In this document: positions 27,888-37,886 of the stretch, piece by piece | How the letters are laid out: every line of letters begins with the position of its first letter | How positions within the stretch are numbered: the first letter of the stretch is position 1 | From: Fidelibacterota bacterium | GTDB lineage: Bacteria > Fidelibacterota > Marinisomatia > Marinisomatales > UBA1611 | Assembly (NCBI GenBank): GCA_028338895.1 | Contig: JAOLAV010000001.1 | Location: 9,315-73,314, forward strand | Direction: 5' to 3' | Length of the DNA: 64,000 bases | Translations under genes and position numbers: made by a program | The notes under the pieces: model-generated | Database searches by the model: none | Seen by the model: only the letters and a program-made list of their open reading frames with translations | What the model was told of the DNA's origin: nothing

Positions 27888-28733
27888 TTAATTAAAATTA
27901 AATGATCTTGTAATATTGAAGCCAAAAAATACATCCCCCCCTTTTAAGGTACCGTTGGCTTCCTCTATATAAGCGCTTTCATAGGTTCCTTGTGCGTTTG
28001 TAATTATTAGTTGGAACACATGACCTCCAGTATCAATATCACAGCCTAGCCCCCAAGATTGTGTGAAACCTACATATCGTCCTCTCCCTCCTAATGGGAA
28101 AAAAGTATCACCGTTTAAAGAAACTCTTTTTGTTAATTTAATCCGGCTTCCGAGACCTATAGAGAAAAGATTATTTTTAGCTTCAAACCTTTGAATTAGA
28201 TTTTTATGTATAAGAGTAGGTATTATTTGAATGGATAAATTTTGATTTACTTTACGAGCTAATAATAATTGGAAGTCATAAATAAGACGATTATTAAAGT
28301 TTTCATTTTTAGCTATTGTTGCAATTTCTACTTTTGAAAATAAAACTATAGATGCGAAAGATAATGATGGTGTTGATTTCTGAGAAAATAATTTAATTTT
28401 TGAAAAAAAGTCATATGTTTTTTTATGACTACTCCTTCCCGCTCCCAAACTTATTTTTTCATTAAAACCATAACTTAGGTCAAACCTAGCCGATGCTTCA
28501 TCTAGTCCATACAAATCATAAAAGCCATTACTCATAGTACCAAATCTATGAGTAATAATGAATTCTAGTGTTTTACTACGTGGTAATTCTACCGATTGTG
28601 CATTAACTATCCTGGTCGCTTTGAAAGTCCCTTGTATTGGCAATGGGACAAACTGTTCATCTTCTATAAAAGACAGCAAATCATCTTGAGCAAAAGTAAA
28701 CGATAATAAAAATATAATTAAAAATTTTCTCAT
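27888..28733 (-). CDS. outer-membrane beta-barrel protein (DUF5777-like)
   Basis: Signal peptide. Beta-strand-like alternation. It is 4-nt coupled to the upstream YceI gene. Confidence 0.5.
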   Translation of the reverse strand: MRKFLIIFLLSFTFAQDDLLSFIEDEQFVPLPIQGTFKATRIVNAQSVELPRSKTLEFIITHRFGTMSNGFYDLYGLDEASARFDLSYGFNEKISLGAGRSSHKKTYDFFSKIKLFSQKSTPSLSFASIVLFSKVEIATIAKNENFNNRLIYDFQLLLARKVNQNLSIQIIPTLIHKNLIQRFEAKNNLFSIGLGSRIKLTKRVSLNGDTFFPLGGRGRYVGFTQSWGLGCDIDTGGHVFQLIITNAQGTYESAYIEEANGTLKGGDVFFGFNITRSFNFN

Positions 28734-29266
28734 TTCTTCTTAAGTATCAGCTCAATATCAATGCTCAATGATTTTGCTATATTCTCTCGAACTATTTTAG
28801 GTATTTCAACACCATAGTCAGCAACAAATAAATTAAAAGTAGCATTCCCATAGATCTTATTATTTTTCATTTGAATAGTTCCATTTTCTTTTATTTTTTG
28901 TTTAATCCCATGAATCGTCATTTCGCCAGATATCATGATTGGTGTTGGGATAGCATTGAATTTAGTATCTTTCCAACCCTCTATAAATCCGCTAAAGCTT
29001 GCATTTGGATATTTCTCAGACTCCAAATAATTCTCATTAAAGTGTTCTTGCATTAAGGCATTTTTAAAAGTGAACCCTCTAATTGGTATTCGGAAAGAGG
29101 CTTGACCTGACTCAGCATCTAAAACACAGGTAACCTGGTCATTTTTTGCTTTTATATCTTCAATAAGTGTGCTAGAAAAAAATGATACAGACCCAGATCG
29201 TGTAAAATATAAATTTTTACCAAAAACAGGAAATGATAGAAATATCAGTATAAGTAGTTTAATCAT
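28730..29266 (-). CDS. YceI-like periplasmic protein
   Basis: The FTRSGSVSFFSST...FRIPIRGFTF...MQEHFNENYLESEKYPNASFSG pattern is typical of the YceI family. Confidence 0.65.
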   Translation of the reverse strand: MIKLLILIFLSFPVFGKNLYFTRSGSVSFFSSTLIEDIKAKNDQVTCVLDAESGQASFRIPIRGFTFKNALMQEHFNENYLESEKYPNASFSGFIEGWKDTKFNAIPTPIMISGEMTIHGIKQKIKENGTIQMKNNKIYGNATFNLFVADYGVEIPKIVRENIAKSLSIDIELILKKK

Positions 29267-29613
29267 TCACATTCCATTTCTAAAAATTGATGAAGAATGG
29301 ATATTTTATCATTCGTTAATTTTTCCCCTCCTAAAGGCATAAAACCAATAACATTTATATCCCTTTCAACTCTATTAATTATGCTGTTCAAACCATTTTT
29401 AACATCTTCATAATTATTTGTTAAGATCCCTCCTGAAGGACTCGTACCTGAGTGGCATCCATTACAACTTTGTGCCATTATTGGTGCCACAGAGCTACTA
29501 TAATATGATTCAATAATCAAACAGTCCTCAATTATTGGATCTGCATCAGCTATATTATTCTCACAGCCTTGAAAGAGTGCTAGCATTGCTAGTAATGTGG
29601 AAAATTTATACAT
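29263..29613 (-). CDS. CxxCH heme-binding-motif lipoprotein
   Basis: Lipobox LFQGC. SCNGCHSG motif. ...MPLGG...L...I..L..F tail as in the PSCyt-like domains of 4017 and 11318. Confidence 0.55.
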   Translation of the reverse strand: MYKFSTLLAMLALFQGCENNIADADPIIEDCLIIESYYSSSVAPIMAQSCNGCHSGTSPSGGILTNNYEDVKNGLNSIINRVERDINVIGFMPLGGEKLTNDKISILHQFLEMECE

Positions 29614-29681
29614 TTATTAAGTTCCAAATATTTAAGATAAAACAATTTGCTATTATAAGGTATACAAATATAGTATTGGAT

Positions 29682-30074
29682 ATGACTCGAGGTGAAATGA
29701 ATTGGAAAATAGTAAGATCAATAATTCCTATTATAGCATTATGTGCTTTTTTTTATTATACGAAGTCAATGCAACCCGACTATACTTCCAAAAATCCGGT
29801 CTTAACTACAAATGCTTCTGAATTATTTTGGAGGTTTCAAATGAATGAGGCAAATGAATTAATCAATCAAGTCGTCCAAATTGATGGTGAAGTAACTGGG
29901 TTTGACTCTATACTAGTTATCCTCAATAATAGTGTGATCTGCTCCCCTGAAAAAGGTAAAAAAATACAACCTAGAATAGGTGAGAATATTAATATAAAAG
30001 GACGATGTATAAGTTATGACGATCTTCTAATGGAACTAAGGCTCGATCATGTGATTTTGGTAGACAAAAATTAA
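29682..30074 (+). CDS. membrane-anchored OB-fold (tRNA_anti-like) protein
   Basis: Start placed at ATG 29682 (MTRGEMNWKIV + TM). ASELFWRFQMNEANELINQVVQIDGEV...IKGRC pattern. Confidence 0.45.
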   Translation: MTRGEMNWKIVRSIIPIIALCAFFYYTKSMQPDYTSKNPVLTTNASELFWRFQMNEANELINQVVQIDGEVTGFDSILVILNNSVICSPEKGKKIQPRIGENINIKGRCISYDDLLMELRLDHVILVDKN

Positions 30075-30133
30075 AATAAAAATTGAGATCATTTATTTGA
30101 TTTCAAAAACAATTAAAAATCAGAATTAAATTA

Positions 30134-30778
30134 ATGACTCGTTTAGAAAAAGCAGATAAGATCCAAAAGATTCTAGATGAACTCTATCCAACTACTCCAA
30201 TCCCCCTAGAGCATTTCAGCTCATACACACTTCTCGTAGCAGTAATGCTTTCAGCGCAAACTACAGATAAAAAAGTAAATGAAGTTACCCCACAATTATT
30301 TAAACAAGCAAAAATACCGGAAGAAATGGCCTCTCTTGATGTAGAGATTATTCAAAATTTAATTAGACATATCGGTTTAGCACCAACTAAAGCAAAAAAT
30401 CTTAAAAAAATGGCTCAGCAATTAATCACCGGTGGCGGTGTGCGTGCAGATTGGGATTATCTCGAGAGTTTAGCTGGTGTGGGTCACAAAACAGCAAGTG
30501 TTGTTATGTCTCAGTGGTACGGAATTCCAGCATTTCCTGTTGATACTCATATTCATCGACTTGCAGCGAGGTGGGGACTATCAAAAGCAAAAAATGTTGA
30601 TATGACAGAACGGGATCTTAAGAAAATATGGGATAAAAAATCTTGGAATAAACTACATCTACAAATCATTTTTTTTGGTAGAGAACATTGTCCTGCAAGA
30701 AGTCATAATATGAGAGAATGTTTAATTTGTTCTTGGGCTTCTTCTGAAAAAAAAATTCTAGAAGAAAGAAAACGTTAA
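30134..30778 (+). CDS. nth: endonuclease III
   Basis: HhH-GPD LAGVGHKTASVV, VDTHIHRL, and a C-terminal Cys cluster. Confidence 0.85.
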   Translation: MTRLEKADKIQKILDELYPTTPIPLEHFSSYTLLVAVMLSAQTTDKKVNEVTPQLFKQAKIPEEMASLDVEIIQNLIRHIGLAPTKAKNLKKMAQQLITGGGVRADWDYLESLAGVGHKTASVVMSQWYGIPAFPVDTHIHRLAARWGLSKAKNVDMTERDLKKIWDKKSWNKLHLQIIFFGREHCPARSHNMRECLICSWASSEKKILEERKR

Positions 30779-30792
30779 ATTCTTATTTTTAA

Positions 30793-32613
30793 CTAATTCA
30801 GTTTTAAAGAGATCCATTTATCCACTTGTTTTTCCAAAATATTTAATGGTAATCGACCATTTGTTAATACTACATCATGATATTCTCGGATATCAAATTT
30901 ATCGCCTAATTCAAATCGTGCTTTTTCTCTTAATTCTAAAATTTTTATCATTCCAATCTTATAGCCTGTTGCTTGTCCAGCCATTATAATATGTCGTTCG
31001 ACCATTTTTATAACATCAGATTCAGCATTGGGAGTGTTTTCAGAGTAATATGCTATGCCTTCTTCTCTTGTCCATTTCATCTTATGTATTCCTGTATCCA
31101 CAACCAATCGACAAGCTCTCCATAATTCCATGGCTAATCTTCCAAAATCTGAATATGGATCTTTATAAAATCCAATCTCTTTTGGAAGGTATTCACTATA
31201 TAATGCCCATCCTTCTCCATAAGCCGTATACCATCCAAACTTTCTAAACATAGGTAGACCCTTTAACTCTTGTGAAATTGCAATTTGCATATGATGTCCA
31301 GGGATACCTTCATGATAAGCAAGCGCCTCCATCTGATATTTTGGAATAGCTTTCATATCAAAAGTATTCACATAATAAATCCCGGGTCTAGATCCATCTA
31401 TTGCAGGACTCCTGTAAAATGCTTTCCCTGCTGATTGTTCCCTGAATTTCTCTACAGGTTTAACAATAATTTTAGCATTAGGCTTTGTATTAAATAAAAG
31501 GTCTAGAGATTTTTTCATATTATCAACAATTTCTTTAGCATCCGCAACATATTCAGTTCTTCCTAAATTAGAGTCCTCGTAAAACAGTTTTTCATCATTA
31601 TTAACATATTGAAAAAAATCTTGTAGATTACCTTTAAACCTTATTTTTTTCATTATTAACTTCATTTCAGAATGAATTCGGCTTACTTCTTGTAAACCAA
31701 CATTATGAATCTCTTCAGCTGTCATATTTGTTGTTGTAATAGATGCTAATTCAGAATTATAAAAATTATTACCATCGGGAAAAGCCCAAACACCATCGGT
31801 AGTAGATGCTTCTTGCTCAAGCTCTTCAAAATAAGTAATAATACTTTGATAAGCCGGTTTAACATATTGAATTAGTGTTTCTCTAGCTTTAGCTATTAAA
31901 CGCTCTTTCTCATTCTTTTTAATATCCAAAGCATAGACTTTTTTGGAAAAGTCATCTAGAAGCGTACTATTAATACGACTATTCTCAAATGGTTCGTTTG
32001 TAATCATATTCTTACAATCTCGAATAATATGAGGGAAAACAAATTCTGGTGGAATTATACCCATATTTCTTCTTTTTTCTAATCCAACAATCGCATGTTT
32101 AAATAATATGGGGATTTTTGATAATCGACTGATATAGTTATTGGCATCCTGGGCATTATCCACATTGTGCATATTGATTAGGTCTGCAGGTATATCAGAT
32201 TGTAGACCAAACATTTGATTAAAAGGATAATTGTGATATCTATATTTATAATTTGAGATCGTACGTTCTGCTTCGTAGACAAATAAATCAAAACTTAATT
32301 TAGTTTGCTCATCTAATTGTTGATAATCGATATTTTTTTTCAACCATCGGAGTTCGCTTTTTGTCCTTTCTAAACTTATTTTAGAGGCTCGCTCCGAATT
32401 ATCATCCCAGCTACCCTGATCCTCCTTAATTCCTAATGACATTTTAAATTCAGGACTTCGATTAACTTTGTCTTGAAATATATTTTCAAAAAACATATTT
32501 GCTTTGTTACTTTCATTCAAAGGGGGATTATCTAAGAATTTTTTATTAGGGTTCATTATTATCATACCTAATAATAAAAAAGTCATAATAATAATTCCAT
32601 TTTCTTCTTTCAT
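30793..32613 (-). CDS. DUF885 family protein
   Basis: AYHEGIPGHHMQ motif and a length of about 600 aa. Confidence 0.75.
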   Translation of the reverse strand: MKEENGIIIMTFLLLGMIIMNPNKKFLDNPPLNESNKANMFFENIFQDKVNRSPEFKMSLGIKEDQGSWDDNSERASKISLERTKSELRWLKKNIDYQQLDEQTKLSFDLFVYEAERTISNYKYRYHNYPFNQMFGLQSDIPADLINMHNVDNAQDANNYISRLSKIPILFKHAIVGLEKRRNMGIIPPEFVFPHIIRDCKNMITNEPFENSRINSTLLDDFSKKVYALDIKKNEKERLIAKARETLIQYVKPAYQSIITYFEELEQEASTTDGVWAFPDGNNFYNSELASITTTNMTAEEIHNVGLQEVSRIHSEMKLIMKKIRFKGNLQDFFQYVNNDEKLFYEDSNLGRTEYVADAKEIVDNMKKSLDLLFNTKPNAKIIVKPVEKFREQSAGKAFYRSPAIDGSRPGIYYVNTFDMKAIPKYQMEALAYHEGIPGHHMQIAISQELKGLPMFRKFGWYTAYGEGWALYSEYLPKEIGFYKDPYSDFGRLAMELWRACRLVVDTGIHKMKWTREEGIAYYSENTPNAESDVIKMVERHIIMAGQATGYKIGMIKILELREKARFELGDKFDIREYHDVVLTNGRLPLNILEKQVDKWISLKLN

Positions 32614-32795
32614 TATTAAACCTTGGTTAGTGTTATATAAAAATTATTAAATAGAATAAATAAAAACTCTAAAGAATTCAGCATTAAAACTAATTGAATA
32701 TTCATAATCTTCTTTTTTCAAAAAAAAGTCACCTGGAATAAATAGAGAATATTTCCGTGGTACAATATACTGTAAGGAGATTCAAATTAAATTTT

Positions 32796-35700
32796 TTAAG
32801 CTGAATGGCGGTTACTGTTTAGACGTTTTACCCATTGTTGAAGACTTGCCATCTTTTCAATCATTATGCTACATACTCCGAATGATTCTTTCACAATACC
32901 TCGAATAATAAATAATTTTTCCCATTGAAGAAGATCTCCAAATTCTTTAAAAGCTTTAGGAAATAAAACACATTCATAAATATCTGTCTCATCTTCTAGT
33001 GTTAAAAATTGCATAGGTTCAGATGTACGAGTTATGGACTCTTTATGGGTAATACACAAACCGATTAAGTAAATTGATTTACCACAATAATTTGAAATAT
33101 CTTTAGCATAAATAATCCGATTACTGAGTATTCCTCTATACCGAGATACTGGATGGATAGAAATGAGATAACCAAAAGATTCTATTTCTAGTCTAAAAGT
33201 ATCTTCCTCATCAATTTTACGATTTAGAGGATTTCCTAACAGGGTATTTCGATTTTTATTTTGCAGGTAATACCCTGCAACTTTATATGCAATCTGTTGG
33301 TGACTTAAGTTGAATCCTATTTTGTCAAAGCAGCTTGCATTTGTAAGTGCCATCGCATCTGCCAGATCAAGGTCTACACGGATTAGAAAGTCATCAAGAG
33401 AATCAAAAAAACCAGCTTTTCGTTCATCCAAAATTAGATAAATTGATTTTTTACGAAGATTTTTAATACTCATAAAACCCATTATAATTTTATCATCATA
33501 ACCTCGCCATTCATAGTAGCTCTTGTTGATATCTGGTTTAATAATTATAATCCCAAACCTCCTTGCTTCACTCATGTATGCATAAGAAGAATAGAAACCA
33601 CCTCTATTCGATATTACCGCGGCTAAAAATTCTGCGGTAAAATGGGCTTTAAGATATGCACAAGTAAATGATAACATGGCATAAGAAGCCGAATGAGATT
33701 TACAAAAGGAATAACCCACGAAAGAAGAAATCATATCCCAAACATCATGAATTACTTCATTAGAATACCCCCTATCTATACATAGGCTGGTAAACTTTTT
33801 TTTCCACAATTTTATATGGCTCTGCATAGAATCACGACTCATTGTTTTACGTAATATTTCTGCTTCACTATATTTTAAACCAGCCATTTTCATAACCGCT
33901 ATCGAGACCTGTTCCTCATAAACCATAATACCATAACTTTCATTTAAAAAGTCTAAATCAGGGTGGATCAAATCCCACTTTTGCCCATGTATTCTAGAAA
34001 GCATTATATTCGTAAACCTATTAGCGGCTGGCCTGATAATAGAGGAGTAAATAACTAAGTGATTAAAATCAACAACTCCTGATTTTGATAATAACTGCCT
34101 AGTTGCAGGACTTTCTATATAAAAGACACCCATTGTTCTTCCAGACTTCATTATTTCATTTGTCTTTTTATCTTCTATCGGTTGAATATAATGATAGTTA
34201 AAATACTTTTTATCTATTTCATCCCCTTGATAATTCAAATTAATATGTTTAATCGTGTCACGAACAACAGATAAACTACGATTACCTAAAATATCAATTT
34301 TTAACAAACCTGAATCTTCGACTTGATCTTTTTCCCATTCTACAATCTGTACACCTTTAGGTGCCTTAAGAACTGGAACATATTTTTCAATCTCATCAGG
34401 TACAATAACTACCCCTCCAGAATGAACTGACGAGTGCCTAAAAGATCCAATTATTTTTTCACTTTCTTTTAAAACCTTAATCAAAGTCTCATCTAAATCT
34501 AGATTAGAAAACTTTGTGTCTGTTCGAATCCAAGAGACTAGATTTTTGCGTGATGTATACCAGCCTATTCTCTTGGTTATCTGATTAATCTCTTCATTAG
34601 AGAGTCCATAAACCTTACCTACTTCTCTAATAGCGGACCTTGGCTTTAAGAATACTTGATTTGAGACCATTGCGGTTCGCTCATCACCATATTTTTTAAA
34701 TATATAATTCAGAATATTATCTCGTTCATCCCATGGGAAATCAATATCAATATCAGGCATATCTTTCCTCTCTGTATGAATAAATCTTTGAAAATTAAGT
34801 GTATACTTAATCGGGTCAACCTGTGTAATAAATAAGCAGTAACTAACAATGGATGCAGCAGCAGAACCTCGACCAATAGTAGCATTGGTCTGCTTAACAA
34901 TATCCTCTACAATTAAGAAATAAGGAGAAAATCCTTTTTCATTAATGAGTTTCAATTCATATTCAATTCTATAACGAATAAGATCATTTAAATTAGTATA
35001 CCGCTTTTTAGCACCAGAATACACTTTATCTTTAAGCTTTGTATTAGACTTATGAGTATTCTTTAAAGAAAGTCCTGGAAAAATTGTATTTATAAATGAC
35101 CAGTTTGTTTTGCAACGGTTAGCTAAATAGTAGCTGTTATTTAAAAAACTTAAGCTGTTTGGAAAGAGCTCTATCATCTGTTCTTCATTTCTAAAGCAGT
35201 GTTGTAATGTTTTATACTGAGAAGAGTCTAAATTATCTTTTGTCGAATTATAATGAATAGCACGAAGTGTTAGATGAGCTTCATGATCACTTTTTGATTT
35301 AAAATAAACATCTCCTGTTACAACAACTTCTAATCTTAATTTTCTAGCTAAATTATGTATGATATTTTCTTGAAATCCAGGTCTTAGCTCTACAAATAAA
35401 TGACTACTTGGAATAATCTTTTTTAATAGACTTAATGTTTTTTCGTTATATGATAAAAAAAATAGACCTATTGATCTATCTCTTATAAGCTCAATAATTG
35501 GTTTATCCAAATTTCTGTGCACATCAGATATAATTCGGCAAAGATTTTCATACCCAGATTGATTTTCTACCAAAACAATTAGTTCATCCATCTTTGTGAT
35601 TAGGTTTACTCCAGCGATCGGACCTAGACCTCTATTACGCGCATGTTGTACAAATCGAATAAAACCCCATAAACCGTTCGTATCAGTTAATGCAATTTTG

Positions 35701-35798
35701 TCCATAGATGATTTTGCTGTCAATTCTACTAAATCATGTAAAGATAAGAGGCCACTCATTTTAGAATAGACTGAATGAGTATTTAAATGAACAAACAT
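32796..35798 (-). CDS. dnaE2: error-prone DNA polymerase III alpha-like (DnaE2)
   Basis: PHP N-terminus MFVHLNTHSVYS. About 1000 aa. It lies immediately downstream of imuB with a 1-nt overlap (TAATG). Confidence 0.85.
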   Translation of the reverse strand: MFVHLNTHSVYSKMSGLLSLHDLVELTAKSSMDKIALTDTNGLWGFIRFVQHARNRGLGPIAGVNLITKMDELIVLVENQSGYENLCRIISDVHRNLDKPIIELIRDRSIGLFFLSYNEKTLSLLKKIIPSSHLFVELRPGFQENIIHNLARKLRLEVVVTGDVYFKSKSDHEAHLTLRAIHYNSTKDNLDSSQYKTLQHCFRNEEQMIELFPNSLSFLNNSYYLANRCKTNWSFINTIFPGLSLKNTHKSNTKLKDKVYSGAKKRYTNLNDLIRYRIEYELKLINEKGFSPYFLIVEDIVKQTNATIGRGSAAASIVSYCLFITQVDPIKYTLNFQRFIHTERKDMPDIDIDFPWDERDNILNYIFKKYGDERTAMVSNQVFLKPRSAIREVGKVYGLSNEEINQITKRIGWYTSRKNLVSWIRTDTKFSNLDLDETLIKVLKESEKIIGSFRHSSVHSGGVVIVPDEIEKYVPVLKAPKGVQIVEWEKDQVEDSGLLKIDILGNRSLSVVRDTIKHINLNYQGDEIDKKYFNYHYIQPIEDKKTNEIMKSGRTMGVFYIESPATRQLLSKSGVVDFNHLVIYSSIIRPAANRFTNIMLSRIHGQKWDLIHPDLDFLNESYGIMVYEEQVSIAVMKMAGLKYSEAEILRKTMSRDSMQSHIKLWKKKFTSLCIDRGYSNEVIHDVWDMISSFVGYSFCKSHSASYAMLSFTCAYLKAHFTAEFLAAVISNRGGFYSSYAYMSEARRFGIIIIKPDINKSYYEWRGYDDKIIMGFMSIKNLRKKSIYLILDERKAGFFDSLDDFLIRVDLDLADAMALTNASCFDKIGFNLSHQQIAYKVAGYYLQNKNRNTLLGNPLNRKIDEEDTFRLEIESFGYLISIHPVSRYRGILSNRIIYAKDISNYCGKSIYLIGLCITHKESITRTSEPMQFLTLEDETDIYECVLFPKAFKEFGDLLQWEKLFIIRGIVKESFGVCSIMIEKMASLQQWVKRLNSNRHSA

Positions 35799-36970
35799 TA
35801 TGACTTCCCTAATGCCTGAAAAATATTAGCTGTTTGTAAAGCATTAACTCCGTATCGCTGCCGAATATTTTCAATGGCCTTAGATAACTCCATATTTTTA
35901 TCATCTATTGTTCTAAATATTGTTACTTGGTCAGCAAAAGGAAAAAAATGGCTAGCAACTATTAAAATTGTTCTAATTCGGTTTCTCCTCTTATTTGCTT
36001 GTTCAAATAATAATTGACAGACTTCTATCACTGAAAAATCATCAAGGCTTTCAACTTTCCCATATTGCAACATTTGATAACCATCAGCATAATGTATTTC
36101 AACTTTTATTTTTTTTGCTAACTGCCATCTTTTTCTTAATTCAAATGCAATCTGCTCAGCAAGATCTTTAACCAATGCATCTAAAATATTTTTAGAGTTT
36201 GTATCTTCGAATAAAATTGTTTGCCTTAAAATAATATCTTTTTCTTCTAATGGTTTAACTGGTCGAGAATCTTTGCCGTGTGATTCTTTTGCAAGTTGAA
36301 CAGAATGGACACCAAATAATATTTTGAATTCATCTGGGCTTTTTATTATCGATTGAAGACTCTTGATTTTATTAATTAATAAAAATTTAATTATTTTATT
36401 TACTGATTTCTCTGATGCGGTAGGCAAAATATCTGGGTCTAAATATGAAAAAAATTGAGATTCTAACCCTTCTTTAACTTGATAAATTTTATCTGAAGTA
36501 ACGGTTGTGATTGTTTGACTTACCAATTTATTAGATCCTATCCCGACTTGTCCGATAACTCTTGTTTTATTATTTATAGATTCAAGAATAGATAAACCAT
36601 TATTTTGAACATCTCCTCTTAAAAGTCGCATACCATTCATATCTAAGAAGAACTCTCCTATTCCTCTTGGCTCAACAATAGGTGTATGCATAGATACAGT
36701 GTTGTAGATATATTTATTTAATTTTGTATAAAGTGATTTATTATAGGGCAACAAGCGAACTCCATGATTTACTTTTCGTATTGTTGAGACTTTCATACCA
36801 CAAGAGAACCCTTCTTCTTCAGCTTCCGGAGATAGAGCAATAATTATACTATTAGAACTATTTGATGATATGATGGCAACAGGACGTTTTTTTAAAGTAG
36901 GATCTATAATCTGCTCTGCCTGAAGCTCTAGACCCTTAAGACGTATGTGAAAAACGTCTCTTACATTCAT
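35798..36970 (-). CDS. imuB: ImuB-like inactive Y-family polymerase
   Basis: Y-family-like fold with the catalytic acidic residues replaced (FHIRLKGLELQ instead of DxD; GIGEFFLDMNG). Gene order is lexA-imuB-dnaE2. Confidence 0.7.
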   Translation of the reverse strand: MNVRDVFHIRLKGLELQAEQIIDPTLKKRPVAIISSNSSNSIIIALSPEAEEEGFSCGMKVSTIRKVNHGVRLLPYNKSLYTKLNKYIYNTVSMHTPIVEPRGIGEFFLDMNGMRLLRGDVQNNGLSILESINNKTRVIGQVGIGSNKLVSQTITTVTSDKIYQVKEGLESQFFSYLDPDILPTASEKSVNKIIKFLLINKIKSLQSIIKSPDEFKILFGVHSVQLAKESHGKDSRPVKPLEEKDIILRQTILFEDTNSKNILDALVKDLAEQIAFELRKRWQLAKKIKVEIHYADGYQMLQYGKVESLDDFSVIEVCQLLFEQANKRRNRIRTILIVASHFFPFADQVTIFRTIDDKNMELSKAIENIRQRYGVNALQTANIFQALGKS

Positions 36971-36980
36971 AGAGTTTTAC

Positions 36981-37601
36981 CTAATTCAAATAATTTCTAA
37001 AAGAATAGAGCAGAACACCGTTGATACGGAAATCATCTGTTGGATCAATTTTTATAATTGGAAAATTTGGGTTTCGAGCATGAAGCTCTACACCATTACT
37101 ACTAGGCATGTAACATTTTAAAGTTGCTTCTCCATTAATAATTGCAACAACAATCTGACCAGATCGAGCAATGCTTGTTTTTTTAGCAACAATAAAATCG
37201 CCATCATGAATCTGTTCTTCTATCATCGAATCACCCTTTACTTGTAGCACATAATGATCCGGATGTAATAAAGATGACGGGACGTCCACCATTTCAGGAT
37301 TTTCTAAAGCTTCAATTGGCTCACCAGCAGCAATTAAGCCCAACAACGGTAAACGAGCCATTGTACTTGTGATGTGCTCATTTTGATTTAAAATAAGCGC
37401 TCGTTTCCCGTTGGGGCCTTTTATACGCGATAGATGACCTTTATCTTCCAAGGTCTTTACATACCAATTAACTGTCCCTAATGATCCAAAGCCTAGACTG
37501 GTCATAATCTCTTCATAAGATGGAGATTGACCATTCATGAGTGTAAACCTTTGAATAAAGTTTAAAAACTTTTCTAATTTAGGAGACAGCATCTTGTTCA
37601 T
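36981..37601 (-). CDS. lexA: LexA repressor
   Basis: wHTH (SPSYEEIMTSLGFGSLGTVNWYVKTLEDKGHL). Cleavage region LIAAGEP. Ser-Lys dyad context VKGDSM ... ATLKCY. ATG 37601 is preferred over the track's TTG at 37640. Confidence 0.85.
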   Translation of the reverse strand: MNKMLSPKLEKFLNFIQRFTLMNGQSPSYEEIMTSLGFGSLGTVNWYVKTLEDKGHLSRIKGPNGKRALILNQNEHITSTMARLPLLGLIAAGEPIEALENPEMVDVPSSLLHPDHYVLQVKGDSMIEEQIHDGDFIVAKKTSIARSGQIVVAIINGEATLKCYMPSSNGVELHARNPNFPIIKIDPTDDFRINGVLLYSFRNYLN

Positions 37602-37753
37602 GAGGTAATAGACAAGTTTGTAATTCCCTTTCCATTCCAAACAATAGATTGGGATGATAATTTATTTGCATGACTATTTAAACGTGAAACAGCACGTATT
37701 ACTTCAAAGGATAACATCTGTTTATTTTTTTTCTTAATAAAATATTTCATCAT
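37598..37753 (-). CDS. 51-aa ORF translationally coupled to lexA (ATGA overlap)
   Basis: MMKYFIKKKNKQMLSFEVIRAVSRLNSHANKLSSQSIVWNGKGITNLSITS. Its stop TGA shares TG with the lexA ATG. It sits between the candidate operator and lexA. Confidence 0.3.
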   Translation of the reverse strand: MMKYFIKKKNKQMLSFEVIRAVSRLNSHANKLSSQSIVWNGKGITNLSITS

Positions 37754-37772
37754 AAAAATCTCTCTTTGTTTG

Positions 37773-37794
37773 TTACTCGTAAGTTACTCGTAAG
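37773..37794 (-). promoter_or_regulatory. tandem 11-bp repeat TTACTCGTAAG x2 (two TTAC-N2-GTAA palindromes), candidate LexA operator
   Basis: Perfect direct repeat 19 nt upstream of the small ORF ATG. A TAnnTTTG-like box (TACTTTTG, 37802..37809, minus strand) lies just upstream. Confidence 0.45.
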
Positions 37795-37831
37795 TATATT
37801 ACAAAAGTATTTATTCATCTCCAAATAAAAA

Positions 37832-37848
37832 ACCCTCAATAATGGGGG
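37832..37848. terminator. bidirectional terminator hairpin
   Basis: A-run, CCCTCA-ATAA-TGGGGG, T-run. It separates the PAS-MenA gene from the lexA operon. Confidence 0.6.
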
Positions 37849-37886
37849 TTTTTGAAAAAAGAGAAAGGTTAGAAAACTATTTTATA

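Noticed and set aside
37602-37640. TTG-initiated extension of LexA (MEWKGNYKLVYYL)
   Set aside because: ATG 37601 starts right before the wHTH and is coupled (ATGA) to the upstream small ORF. The extension overlaps that ORF.
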